Counted from the first letter of the stretch, positions 37,665 through 47,540 are shown. The stretch is 64,000 nt of DNA from Nitrososphaerota archaeon (GCA_009903795.1 WYER01000005.1:21659-85658); one strand, 5' to 3'. Program-made: numbers and translations. Notes: a model not told the origin generated them from the letters alone.

Positions 37665-38911
37665 AAAATATGGTTACAAGTACTTCAGTTGTAGCTGGTT
37701 TGCTTTCATGGGCCTTTGACGTGCATTTACCTCTAGTTTATACCGTTCTTGGAATACTTTGGATTACGCCATTTATTGAATATATAGGAGGTAAAAGAAT
37801 GGACAGCAGGTACTCAGATCTAGCGAAGGTAATGCTGAATTACCTTATAGTAGTATACGCCATAGGTGGAGTCTTTGGCACTATCATAACAGTTTTCCTT
37901 GCCGGTTTGATGCCAGTTTTTACCAATTTAGCTGGCATAATTTTATGGCCTGTATGGGCAACAGCCATAGTTGCAGGTGTTATAATAACCATACCCGTCA
38001 TAGGCATGTACTATAGAACATATAATACATGGAATTATAAGAACCATGCAATTCTAGGTATTTTGCTCGCAATTTCTGCGTCTTTGATCCCACTTATGTT
38101 CAGGTTGGTTTTTGCATATACAGCCTTTCCTGCGGGTACATCCATAACTCCAGACCCTTCGTCTATAATAGGCTTTGACCTTTCAGTTAATGTTTTTAAA
38201 GCATTTATGAACCCTCTTTACCTTCCGCTTTACGCCAGCACAATGAGCGCCGTTTTGGCGTTTACGGGTATTATGATGATATTTGGGTTCAGTGTTAGAT
38301 ATAAAGGCTTACCGCATCAGGACCTTGGAATTTCAGTAGGTAAAAGGATAGCGCTGGTATTTGGCACATTATATGGCATCTTTACATCAATTTATTTGTA
38401 CGAGGTTTACGAAACTTCTGCTACAATGGCTTGGTCCATATTTGGTAGTCCACCTTCTTATCTTCCTTCTGCACTTCAGGCTGTTTTTAAACCAACTTAT
38501 CTGTTGAATGAAGCGTTTTATGCCACCGTATCTATTGCGCTTCTTTTGTTTGTGATTCTCGTTGTGTTTAATTTAAAGAACAACAGAACTTTAGGTATAA
38601 TTTTGGGACCAGTTTCTATAGCGGTACTGGATCTTGCAGAAACCATAGACCTTTTAGCTCATGCGCCTTATGCTGTTGTACCACCTGTCAGCGTAGCTGA
38701 AAATCTGATCAACACTTATGGGGTACAATTCGCCTTGACTGTAGCCAAAACGCTTCAAGTATCTACTTTGTCATCGACTCTGGACTTTTTGGTTCAGTTG
38801 ATAAACAAGCTGCCACCTTTGCTTTATATGTCTCTTATTCTTTTCGCTTTCTTTAACGTTCTGTTAATTATAGTAATTTATCTTGCTTTAGCATGGAGAG
38901 AAGAAAGGTAA
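37661..38911 (+). CDS. cytochrome bd oxidase subunit II-like membrane protein
   Basis: 416-aa polytopic membrane protein with a 4-nt overlap on cydA. It is assigned by context only. Confidence 0.5.
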   Translation: MKNMVTSTSVVAGLLSWAFDVHLPLVYTVLGILWITPFIEYIGGKRMDSRYSDLAKVMLNYLIVVYAIGGVFGTIITVFLAGLMPVFTNLAGIILWPVWATAIVAGVIITIPVIGMYYRTYNTWNYKNHAILGILLAISASLIPLMFRLVFAYTAFPAGTSITPDPSSIIGFDLSVNVFKAFMNPLYLPLYASTMSAVLAFTGIMMIFGFSVRYKGLPHQDLGISVGKRIALVFGTLYGIFTSIYLYEVYETSATMAWSIFGSPPSYLPSALQAVFKPTYLLNEAFYATVSIALLLFVILVVFNLKNNRTLGIILGPVSIAVLDLAETIDLLAHAPYAVVPPVSVAENLINTYGVQFALTVAKTLQVSTLSSTLDFLVQLINKLPPLLYMSLILFAFFNVLLIIVIYLALAWREER

Positions 38912-38912
38912 C

Positions 38913-39251
38913 TTAAAAGCTAATTACCTCGTAGCCCTGGTTTACGTAATAAGCTAGTCTTTCGCCTGTAGGCAGTAAGTTAATACCAAGTTTTGTCAGC
39001 TGTTCTTTTATATTTTTTGAAGAAGCATAATATACGCACGCGCTATCTACATGTCCATTTTTTAGAAGATAGTTAAAATTTTCAAGATCTTGACCGTTTA
39101 TAGATGTTAAATATTCTTCACCTGGTCCATAAAATATCACTTTTAAATCATCGTATCTTTTGTTCATCGCTGATCTCGCAGCCATAGTAAGTGCGAGCGA
39201 AAACCTTTCTGGATTCTCTTTACCTGTTACTATAAAAAATAACGCTTTCAT
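38913..39251 (-). CDS. small DsrE/DsrF-like protein (weak call)
   Basis: 112 aa: MKALFFIVTGKENPERFSLALTMA...DSACVYYASSKNI. This is an alpha/beta pattern with a conserved Cys. Confidence 0.35.
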   Translation of the reverse strand: MKALFFIVTGKENPERFSLALTMAARSAMNKRYDDLKVIFYGPGEEYLTSINGQDLENFNYLLKNGHVDSACVYYASSKNIKEQLTKLGINLLPTGERLAYYVNQGYEVISF

Positions 39252-39703
39252 ACGCTTATCATTTTAAGAACTTTTATCTATGTTATTTTGATATTTTTTG
39301 AATGATAATAGTTAAGGGTGAAAATACCTTTCCGAGAGGTAGGGGATGGATAACCCCTTGAAATTTTCTATAATAAGAAAAATAAGAAATATTATATTGT
39401 TAATTCCCAAATGGGCTTTGCCTGTGGAACTTAGGCGAGACGCCCAGGGATGAAAACGCCTCTGCGATTGTGAGTTACTTGCAAAGTATTCTGCGCGTAA
39501 GCTTTTAAGCGAAACGGAAACCCCTTTTAGTGAGGACAGGATAGTTCACTACGCCAACAGAACATTTTGACGTTGGAGTCAGATAAACGCCTTAGCTATT
39601 ATAAACCTAATATCGCAAAAATATAGTATGATTTACCATTATAAAATCCCAGGATCGTTTATGGTTTGCATAAAAGCGTCATCTTTGCTAAAAAAGTTTT
39701 GAT

Positions 39704-39750
39704 AAAGTGAACGACAAGCCTCGCCTCTTCAAGGACGGGGAGGAGGTCAG
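39704..39750 (+). repeat. miniature left-end-hairpin/right-end-tip element
   Basis: aaagtgaacgacaagcctcgcctcttcaaggacggggaggaggtcag, preceded by ttgat. A decayed tnpB-tail-like sequence follows it (tggtctatcg..tagttatgag). Confidence 0.6.
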
Positions 39751-39924
39751 TGGTCTATCGTACCTAGTTATGAGATACCTAAGGAGTTGTGGAAAAAGGA
39801 GAATCAAAGATCAACAATAGAACCGCACTGACTTCCTACTTAAAAAAGGTTTCTAAATATTCTTTCACTTTATTTTTTATGCACTGCTGTCTTGTTTTGT
39901 TTAAAAAATTAAGAGCAAAAAACT

Positions 39925-41425
39925 CTGACCTCCTCCCCGCCTTAAAAGGCGAGGGTTCCCTGAGGTCTTAAGGGTTACACCCCTTTACGGGTGCTACTCT
40001 TTTGTGATCTACTATGAAAGATATAGGCTTCTTTATTTTTGAAACAATTACGTCCACTGCTTTTTTGAGAATGTTCAATGAGCCGTTAAGGTCTGAATGA
40101 AGTCTATGTCCTTTAGGGCAAATAACTACTCCTCTCGGGTTTCTTTCGACTTCTACATCATGATAAGCACAGTACTTTGAAGTATTATACTCAACAACCT
40201 CAAACACTTTTATTCCATACTCTTGAGCCTTAAGTTCTATTGTATCCATGAATTTGCAATAAGACCAAACGTTTACGGTAAATTTATTGCCCTTCTCCTG
40301 AGCTATCTCGATAGGGTAGCCTAAGTATATAGTTGAAACGCCTAGTTCGTGCAACTCTTTTACTAAATGCGAAGCAAAGTTCCTGTACAAGTGACGAAGC
40401 CTTCTCCTTAATTTCCAGTGTAAATTCCTCTTCTCTTTTAATAACTCCTCATACGCTTTATATTTACCCATGTTTTTCGTTTTGTCTGCCAATGATTGTA
40501 CTTCTGCTATTTTATTTTCAAAGTAAAAATAATCTTCCTTAGCCCTAACGCCTTTGTACAGCAACCAAGTTCCGTCTTCTACGATTACGCTTGCCAAAAC
40601 GTTGATGCCTAAGTCTATTGAAGCCATTTTGTTTCCTTTAGGCGATTCAACCTGAATGCTTTTCCTTTTGCCGTGAACAATATGCTTGCTTTTATTTCCC
40701 TTTTTAGTTATTTCAATGCCTACATCAACGGGGATTGAAGCGTACCACGCGTTCCTAGTTTCGTCGTAGTATATTTCAAGCCTTCCTTGTTTACCGTACC
40801 ACTTTAACCTGCCTACGAAATCAATTTCGAGCTCAAAGTCCTTGAGGATTAACTTATGGTTCTGCTCGTCCACAACGTACCTGTCTTGTCTTATCACGAG
40901 CATTAGCTTCCTCTTCTTAGTTTCCCTGTCCTTCCAGTAATTCGGTGGGCTAACGCGTTTTATGAATGGCGGCAATTTTCCTTCTTTCTTCAGCCTTAGC
41001 AAGGAGAAAAAGGAAGACCAGGCTTCGTTGTTCTTTTTCATGACTTCTTGAGCGTTAGCGCTACCTAATTTATCCTTATACTTCTCGTAGTATTTATCCC
41101 ACGTTGTATTAAAATCCACGTGATGTTGCTGGAAGAACTGTTGTCTCCTTTCGTAGTTAATTTCGTTGAAGAGTTTTGCTGAAATGTTCGCTAACTTTTT
41201 GAGCTTTCTTTCTTGAAAACCGTTCGGGAAAAGGCGCACGACGTTTGTCCTCTTATTTGAATACGTAACTTCGTAGATGCCCTCCTCTGGCATTGCGGGC
41301 GAATTCGGCTCCCGCTCCTCATGTCCTAAGAGTTGACCAGAGGAGAGCATCTTAAAACAAAAATAGCAGTTTTAATTTAAAAGCTTTACCCCGCCCCTAG
41401 AAGGGACGAGGTTTTCGTTTGTTTT
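39925..41425 (-). mobile_element. second IS200/IS605-family tnpB-only element
   Basis: The left end is aaaacaaacgaaaacctcgtcccttctaggggcgggg (minus strand), preceded by gttat. The right-end tip cctcgccttttaaggcggggaggaggtcag ends at 39925. Confidence 0.85.
39968..41350 (-). CDS. tnpB: TnpB RNA-guided endonuclease (second, divergent copy)
   Basis: SIDLGINVLASV, and the CAYHD..CPKGHRLHSDLNGSLNI zinc finger with RuvC-III. 460-aa ORF; the real start may be the internal MPEEGIY. Confidence 0.9.
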   Translation of the reverse strand: MLSSGQLLGHEEREPNSPAMPEEGIYEVTYSNKRTNVVRLFPNGFQERKLKKLANISAKLFNEINYERRQQFFQQHHVDFNTTWDKYYEKYKDKLGSANAQEVMKKNNEAWSSFFSLLRLKKEGKLPPFIKRVSPPNYWKDRETKKRKLMLVIRQDRYVVDEQNHKLILKDFELEIDFVGRLKWYGKQGRLEIYYDETRNAWYASIPVDVGIEITKKGNKSKHIVHGKRKSIQVESPKGNKMASIDLGINVLASVIVEDGTWLLYKGVRAKEDYFYFENKIAEVQSLADKTKNMGKYKAYEELLKEKRNLHWKLRRRLRHLYRNFASHLVKELHELGVSTIYLGYPIEIAQEKGNKFTVNVWSYCKFMDTIELKAQEYGIKVFEVVEYNTSKYCAYHDVEVERNPRGVVICPKGHRLHSDLNGSLNILKKAVDVIVSKIKKPISFIVDHKRVAPVKGCNP

Positions 41426-41555
41426 ATAACTTTTGTCCAAAACTAAGACAAACTCGCTCGAAACGCCCCTCGCAGTTTGTTCGCTTTCATAAGTTATCGT
41501 AGTCCCAGGATGAGCAGTTCCAAAACTAGGCAGGGAAGAGGTCAGCTCAGTAGTT

Positions 41556-42722
41556 CTAGGAGCTCAACAACTCGCTTGCGGCTTCTACCACCCCAACTTT
41601 GTTCGGTAAATCCTTTAACAAACTGTATTCTTCAGCTTGTTTTTCTATGAACCCATAATCCAGCAATCTGTTTAATATTTCATAAATTCTAGGTTCTGGA
41701 ACATCTTCTCCAAGTATCGAGCTCGCAACTTTGGTGATTTGTTTTAGTTCGCCTTTGCCCCCAAGCCTTTCTAACGCCAAAATTGTCGCTGAATAGCGTT
41801 CCTTTGATTGTGTGCTCAAAATAAAGTTTTTGGCTTCTTCCTTTACTTCTTTCATAGCCATTTTTACTATATCATCCACTTTTATCGCTTTATTGTGCTT
41901 TAAAGAGAACGAATATTCTGAACCAAAAAACGTTAACCAGCCAGGAACGCCGTCAAACTTGTTTAAAGCGTCCTCTAAAACTTCATCGCTAACTTTAACC
42001 CCTTCCTCATCAAACCCCTTAACCAGAAAGTCTTTGCTGGCTTCCCTGTCAAACCTTTCTAAGTAAATTCTTCTTATATACCTTCCAAAGAAGGGTTTCT
42101 CGTATTCAATGTTCTTTAGAACTTTTTCCAAAATTCCGATCATACTTCCAGTAAATATGATGGTCGTGTTTTTGCAATAGTCATAAATATCGTGGAACAC
42201 AGAGGAAAAATTAATTCCGTTAACCTTCGCAAGCTCTTGCGCCTCATCAAAAATTATAACCAGATTCTTTCCGTTGTCTTTCGCTAGCTCATCCATTTCT
42301 CTTGTCAGAAATCCAATATCCTCGTTTCTGAATTTTTTTAGTCCTGCCCTTATCTTGACCGCATTAAAATCTATAAATGAACTCTCGTCGATGCCCAAAA
42401 CGTTAGAAACGACTCTTAAAACTTTGCCGCCTAGCGTGTATTTCTTGATCGCTGAATTGATGCTTTCGAGAAACAAATTGATGAAAGAAGACCTTGGATA
42501 ATTACTCTTTTTTGGATTATAAATTCTCATCAAATTCAGATTTAATACAATGCTGTTAGTTTCGTTTACGGAAACGTTAACTATGCTGGTCTTCCCAACC
42601 CTTTTCATTCCTAAAACTACTATCCACGTTTTTCTCTGTATGCTATCTTTTATCATTTCAATTTCTTTTTCTCTATCGTACAAGTCCTTTCTGTATTCTT
42701 TGGGTCTAACGTCAAATAACAT
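41556..42722 (-). CDS. archaeal ATPase family protein (AAA+/STAND-like P-loop with a C-terminal winged helix, DUF234-type)
   Basis: DREKEIEMI..VVLGMKRVGKTSIV (Walker A), LVIIFDEAQEL (Walker B), and a C-terminal EILNRLLDYGFIEK wHTH-like segment. Confidence 0.75.
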   Translation of the reverse strand: MLFDVRPKEYRKDLYDREKEIEMIKDSIQRKTWIVVLGMKRVGKTSIVNVSVNETNSIVLNLNLMRIYNPKKSNYPRSSFINLFLESINSAIKKYTLGGKVLRVVSNVLGIDESSFIDFNAVKIRAGLKKFRNEDIGFLTREMDELAKDNGKNLVIIFDEAQELAKVNGINFSSVFHDIYDYCKNTTIIFTGSMIGILEKVLKNIEYEKPFFGRYIRRIYLERFDREASKDFLVKGFDEEGVKVSDEVLEDALNKFDGVPGWLTFFGSEYSFSLKHNKAIKVDDIVKMAMKEVKEEAKNFILSTQSKERYSATILALERLGGKGELKQITKVASSILGEDVPEPRIYEILNRLLDYGFIEKQAEEYSLLKDLPNKVGVVEAASELLSS

Positions 42723-42779
42723 TATTACGCCGCCGTAATAATTACGCCGCCGTAATATAAAAGTATTTAGGTTTCTGAC

Positions 42780-42827
42780 AAAATGAACGACAAGCCTCGT
42801 CCCTTCTAGAGGCGGGGAGGAGGTCAG
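42780..42827 (+). repeat. miniature left-end-hairpin/right-end-tip element
   Basis: aaaatgaacgacaagcctcgtcccttctagaggcggggaggaggtcag. Confidence 0.6.
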
Positions 42828-42868
42828 CTACTGTTACAGGTATATAGTCCACGTAAGCACTTAAAGAG

Positions 42869-44094
42869 TTATTCTTTTTGTTGTAAAAGTGATGGCATAA
42901 CTTTTGCCCAACCTATAACTGTAATGATGTTAGTTGCAATAATTATTAATGATGCAATAGTAACTATGTAATGCGCCATAGGCAGAGAGTAATACAAAGC
43001 CAAAGATGCTAGAACTGCTGGCGTTAATCCCTGAGCCATCATAACATAATACGCTTTTTCGTACTTTTTATTCTTTGTAGAAAGCTTAACTGCTATATAT
43101 CTAGAGCTGAGCAGGATTACCAGCAAAATTCCTACATAAACGTAAGTTAAGAGCGAAAACAGCTTATCAATAAAAAACACGAGTCCTATAAAAAAGAAGA
43201 AGTATGTTCTTAAAAAGAATGTGATTTCTTTTTGAAACATTTTTATATAGTTCACTTGAAGATCTAAAATTTGTTCATTTGCATTTGTCCTAAAAAGGTT
43301 CAGAAATTTTTTGTTGTTCATCAGCACCATACCAAAGGTTAATACTCCTAGAATAGCGCTACCGTTTATAAAAGACAGAAAAGCATATAGCGCAAGCGTA
43401 TAGCCAATTGTTGCTATATAAAAGAATTCTTCCGTCCAGAAATGTCTTGCAAACTCTATCCATACAATGGCTGCGACGAACCCAATAACGATGCCTATAC
43501 TAATCTGAGAAACTAAGGAACTTATTGTGTTTTCAAAACCGTTTATGCTAAAAGGTATAGATTGCAAAAAAGAGTTTAAGCCAAATGTAAACAGAACGAT
43601 TAAAATCACGCTGTTAAGGCTAGATTCAAGGGTGATGTTTGTGAAAAAATCTTCCGCTCTAAGGCTTTTTGCCAAATACGGCACGACTGCCGTTGTAGTC
43701 TCACCGCCTATTACTGTTGAAAGGAAAAATGAAGAATAATTACTCCAGCCAAATAAATATTTGAAGGTGAAGTCAGCAATATAGAGAGAGATACATAGAT
43801 CAACGTTCTAGTAGTGGCGCTTCCACCTTCCTTTAAAAGATCATCAATCATGAAACTCATTCCAAGTTCGAGCATTATCATGGCTAAAGTAAGCTGAGAT
43901 AAGTAAGGAAGTATTTTTACGATTATTGAATATGGGAAAATTCCAAAGATAGGTCCAAAGAGAATACCTATAAGTATAAGGAAAATATACTCTGAGAAAC
44001 CTGTTTTTCTGAAAAACATTTCACCAAAGAAACCTATAAATATTAAACCGGCGGTTATAAAAAAGATTGAAATGTACGAAAGTGCATAACTCAT
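42869..44094 (-). pseudogene. CPA1-type Na+/H+ antiporter split by a frameshift
   Basis: The N-terminal ORF is 43711..44094 (FGEMFFRKTGFSEYIFLILIGILFGP) and the C-terminal ORF is 42869..43684. The C-terminal frame is open upstream to ISLYIADFTFKYLFGWS..STVIGGETTTAVVPYL, so the frames switch at about 43783-43795. Confidence 0.75.
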
Positions 44095-44134
44095 ACGATT
44101 AGTTTTTAAAAGTATTAGTATTTAAAATTTATAG

Positions 44135-45256
44135 ATGCTGTCTAACTTAGAGGAAGATCTTATAAATAATTTTAACGCGTGTGATAAATGTTTAAAACGA
44201 TTTGTAAAAAAACCAGATAAAACTCTTTTAAAAAAATCTGAAAAAAACAGAAAGAACTGTAAGCTTTGTGGAGGGCTGCTTAACGATGTTAGAATACAGA
44301 AATCCGTTTTTATGAAAATCAACGCATATAAATGCAGAACTTTTAAGTTAGGAGTCCGCTTACCACAATCTTTGGAGAAACTTGAAAATGACATCGCCCT
44401 AAAATATGGGATTGTAGATTATATTACTCTTAGAAAAGCAGTTAAACAGAGGATTTCAAACTATCTAAAAAGAAAATTAGGCCTAAAAATAGCCAATTCG
44501 CCGGATTTAAGTATAATCGTAGAAATAGGTGAACATGAAAATATGGTTTATATTAATGAAAAAAGGGCAATTTACAGAATAAATTTTATCAAAAAGAGAG
44601 GGGCTAAAGTTCTCGCGGAAAAATGCGAAGAGTGTAATGGAAATGGCTGTGAAGCGTGCAGGTGGACAGGGAAGAAAAAAGATGGATCTTTCGAATCTTA
44701 TCTTTTATACGATTTACCTCAGAAGCTTAAAGCTTCACACCCCGAAATTATATGGCCAATAAAAGACATGCCAGAATTAGAATTCTATGGAAATGGGTTT
44801 CCGGTTTACGTTATATTTAAGAGCATAAAAGAAAGATCAAGCGCACCTTTACTTATCGACTTTGATATAAACAAAGAAGTTAAAATAGTAAGCTTTTATG
44901 AAATTAAAGGACATTTGAGTTTAAACAAGCCATTTTTACTTGAAGGAGATTTATGTATAAAGTTTAGAACCGGTTGCGATGCGGCTAAAATTGAAAAGTT
45001 ATACAAACTTGAAAGAATAAATATTGAAGGTAAAAATAAGACAAAAACATGGGTAAAAAGTGTAAAAATAAGGAGATTTTTTAAAAAGAACGATTATTGT
45101 TGTATTGATGGAGAGTTTGAAAGCGGAATAAATTTTTACAATTTACTAGGAATCAGAGAAGGTATAAAAGACAAACACATACTTAATAAGCCTTTTGAAA
45201 AAGATGAAATTGAAGCTTTCTTATTGGACTTAAGACGTGCAAGCTTGCCTGATTAA
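44135..45256 (+). CDS. Pus10-like tRNA pseudouridine synthase (divergent)
   Basis: An N-terminal CDKC..CKLCGG zinc ribbon, then CEECNGNGCEACRWTGKK followed by WPIKDMPELEFYGNGFPVYV. This lies in the position of the Pus10 GREDxDVRMLGNGRPF catalytic block. Confidence 0.55.
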   Translation: MLSNLEEDLINNFNACDKCLKRFVKKPDKTLLKKSEKNRKNCKLCGGLLNDVRIQKSVFMKINAYKCRTFKLGVRLPQSLEKLENDIALKYGIVDYITLRKAVKQRISNYLKRKLGLKIANSPDLSIIVEIGEHENMVYINEKRAIYRINFIKKRGAKVLAEKCEECNGNGCEACRWTGKKKDGSFESYLLYDLPQKLKASHPEIIWPIKDMPELEFYGNGFPVYVIFKSIKERSSAPLLIDFDINKEVKIVSFYEIKGHLSLNKPFLLEGDLCIKFRTGCDAAKIEKLYKLERINIEGKNKTKTWVKSVKIRRFFKKNDYCCIDGEFESGINFYNLLGIREGIKDKHILNKPFEKDEIEAFLLDLRRASLPD

Positions 45257-46060
45257 AGTGTTTAGCTGCCCTAAACATATGAACATCGCTTCTTCTGTTC
45301 TTACAGTTTTAACCTTTTGTCCCTCTATCATGTTAAGCCAAAAACCCATATTTTTATATTTGTCTTCAAGCATTTCTTCTAAGCCTCTTTTTGGAGAACC
45401 AAAAAATATTTCGAACCTTCTTTTATCTTTAAATTCTTTTTTCAAGTTTTCCCACTCGCTTGAAATAGGTTTTCCCTCTCTTGAAGTAAAAATTATAGAT
45501 CCGTTAGATTGAAACGCTTTGTCTAAGGCTTGTTTTATGTTAAACAGTTTTATTACCTCAAAGCCAAAGTAGTCTGGGAAAGGATGTTTTATCGCATAAA
45601 TCTTTCCCTTCTCCTTGTAAAGCTTTATGGGTATTATTTTTCCTTTTTCGATGTTTTCTTTAGATTTAAGTTCTACTGGTTCTTCTAACCCAGTTTCTAC
45701 GTAAAATTTATCACCCTTCACAATTACTAAGCCAAACCTCAGTTCTTCATTCTTCGTAATAACATGGCTAGGAATGTTAAGCGGCGGTAACATGCCTACA
45801 TATTTAAAGTCTTCTTTTAACGGTATAGCGACTTTTCTAAGGTATGGCGGCGTTAATATATATCTGAGTAATGAATAAAAAAGCTCTAAATCTTCATGCT
45901 TGCCATGAACATCATCATGATATATGTTAAGCTCTTCTACACCAAAAATGGCTGCGGCTCGCGCAATAAGTCCTACCTTTTCTGTTTTACTCATAAGGCT
46001 AGTTCTTTCGCTAAGAACCGAATCTGGCACGTAAACAGATAACCTGATTTTTTGCGTCAA
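45230..46060 (-). CDS. SPOUT-superfamily putative RNA methyltransferase (DUF171/COG2106-like)
   Basis: RLSVYVPDSVLSE..KVGLIARAAAIFGVEELNIY..LRYILTPPYLRK. It overlaps the Pus10-like gene convergently by 27 nt. Confidence 0.5.
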   Translation of the reverse strand: MTQKIRLSVYVPDSVLSERTSLMSKTEKVGLIARAAAIFGVEELNIYHDDVHGKHEDLELFYSLLRYILTPPYLRKVAIPLKEDFKYVGMLPPLNIPSHVITKNEELRFGLVIVKGDKFYVETGLEEPVELKSKENIEKGKIIPIKLYKEKGKIYAIKHPFPDYFGFEVIKLFNIKQALDKAFQSNGSIIFTSREGKPISSEWENLKKEFKDKRRFEIFFGSPKRGLEEMLEDKYKNMGFWLNMIEGQKVKTVRTEEAMFICLGQLNTLIRQACTS

Positions 46061-46142
46061 TTTAAAGATACTTCCACCGTTTTAATCTTTATAAACATGT
46101 TATAAAAAGATTTAAATTTGCAAATAGTTCACCAAAGATAAA

Positions 46143-47390
46143 ATGGATGAGTTAATAGAAAAGGCTCTTTTAGCAAGAAAGGCGTGGTATGAGCTTTCTA
46201 GAGCCTCCGATAGCCTTCGAAGAAAAGCGTTAGAAGCAATGTCCCAGGCTTTAATTGAAAACCAAGAAAAGATAATTAAGGCTAACCTTTTAGATGTAAA
46301 CAAATTTAAAGAAGAAAGGCAAAACGATCCGCTTTTAGACAGACTTATTCTAAACGAAAAACGGCTAAAGTCAGCGGCTGAAGGGTTAAAAAAGGTAGCT
46401 CAATTGCCGGATCCTATAGGTGAAGTTGTTGAAGGCTGGACTACGGTTCATGGTCTTAAAATTCAGAAAGTTCGTGTTCCTATCGGAGTAATAGGTGTGG
46501 TTTATGAATCTAGGCCTAACGTTACCATAGACATATCAGGGCTAGCAATAAAGTCTGGAAACGCCGTCATTTTAAGAGGCGGATCTGAAGCGCTTAATTC
46601 AAATAAGGCTATAGTGGATGTCTTAAGAGAAAGTATTAAAGACATTCTAAATCCAAACGTTATTCAGTTTATTGAGAATACTGATAGAAACATTGTTGAT
46701 AGGATGCTTAAACTAAACGGCTATTTAGATCTTTTAATTCCAAGAGGTAGTGCTTCCTTTATCGATTATGTTAGAAGAAACGCAACTGTACCAGTAATAG
46801 AAACTGGAGCAGGCAACAATCACATATTCGTTAATTATGATGCCGACCTTAATATGGCAACTAAAATAATAATAAACGCGAAAGTACAAAGGCCCGCAGT
46901 TTGCAATGCTGTAAGGAAGGTACTAATACACAAAGATATAGCAGAGAAATACATTCCAATCTTAGTAAATGAACTAAAAAAATATGGCGTAACCATAAAG
47001 GGCGATGAAAAGGTTAGAGCTATAGTTCCTGACGTTATCTTAGCAAAAGATGAAGATTGGGATGAGGAATATATGGATCTAACTTTGGCAATAAAAATTG
47101 TGAATTCTGTAGAAGAAGCTGTAGAACACATAAACAAACATGGTACAAAACACTCTGAAGCTATAATAACAAATAACCTACATGATGCGCAGTATTTTAC
47201 ATGGAACGTTGACGCAGCTTGCACATACGTAAATGCATCAATAAGATTTACGGATGGTGAACAGTTTGGATTTGGAGCAGAAGTTGGAATAAGCACTCAG
47301 AAGCTTCATGCACGCGGTCCTATGGGAATTAAAGAGCTTACAACAACAAAGTATATTATATTTGGAGAGGGTCAAACGAGGGAAATTTAA
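46143..47390 (+). CDS. proA: gamma-glutamyl phosphate reductase
   Basis: VPIGVIGVVYESRPNVTIDISGLAIKSGNAVILRGGSEA, AVCNAVRKVLIH, and a HGTKHSEAI-type C-terminal region. Confidence 0.85.
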   Translation: MDELIEKALLARKAWYELSRASDSLRRKALEAMSQALIENQEKIIKANLLDVNKFKEERQNDPLLDRLILNEKRLKSAAEGLKKVAQLPDPIGEVVEGWTTVHGLKIQKVRVPIGVIGVVYESRPNVTIDISGLAIKSGNAVILRGGSEALNSNKAIVDVLRESIKDILNPNVIQFIENTDRNIVDRMLKLNGYLDLLIPRGSASFIDYVRRNATVPVIETGAGNNHIFVNYDADLNMATKIIINAKVQRPAVCNAVRKVLIHKDIAEKYIPILVNELKKYGVTIKGDEKVRAIVPDVILAKDEDWDEEYMDLTLAIKIVNSVEEAVEHINKHGTKHSEAIITNNLHDAQYFTWNVDAACTYVNASIRFTDGEQFGFGAEVGISTQKLHARGPMGIKELTTTKYIIFGEGQTREI

Positions 47391-47433
47391 CATAAAAGGA
47401 GTTTAAGAGAAACCTCCATTACCTCTGGACGAC

Positions 47434-47540
47434 GGAGCGGGGTGGGCAACCACTAGCTATGAAGTCATGAAGATGAAGGCGGTAAACCACGAACCTATGA
47501 TCCGCCTTAAACTAGCCTTTTAAGGCGGTGAGGATGTCAG
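47434..47540 (+). mobile_element. right-end-only fragment of the TnpB-less element family
   Basis: ctggacgacggagcggggtgggcaaccactagctatgaagtcatgaagatgaaggcggtaaaccacgaacctatgatccgcctt..gccttttaaggcggtgaggatgtcag. Confidence 0.8.

Noticed and set aside
39421-39600. Similarity between 39421..39480 (cctgtggaacttaggcgagacgcccagggat), 47541..47625 (ctatggaacacaggcgagatgcctatggat ... cgtaagcatagcc) and 49990..50035 (..cacataagcatagctgt) as a further repeat family.
   Set aside because: The matches are short and patchy and I cannot establish collinearity by eye. It may be real but needs a computed alignment, so I do not call it.
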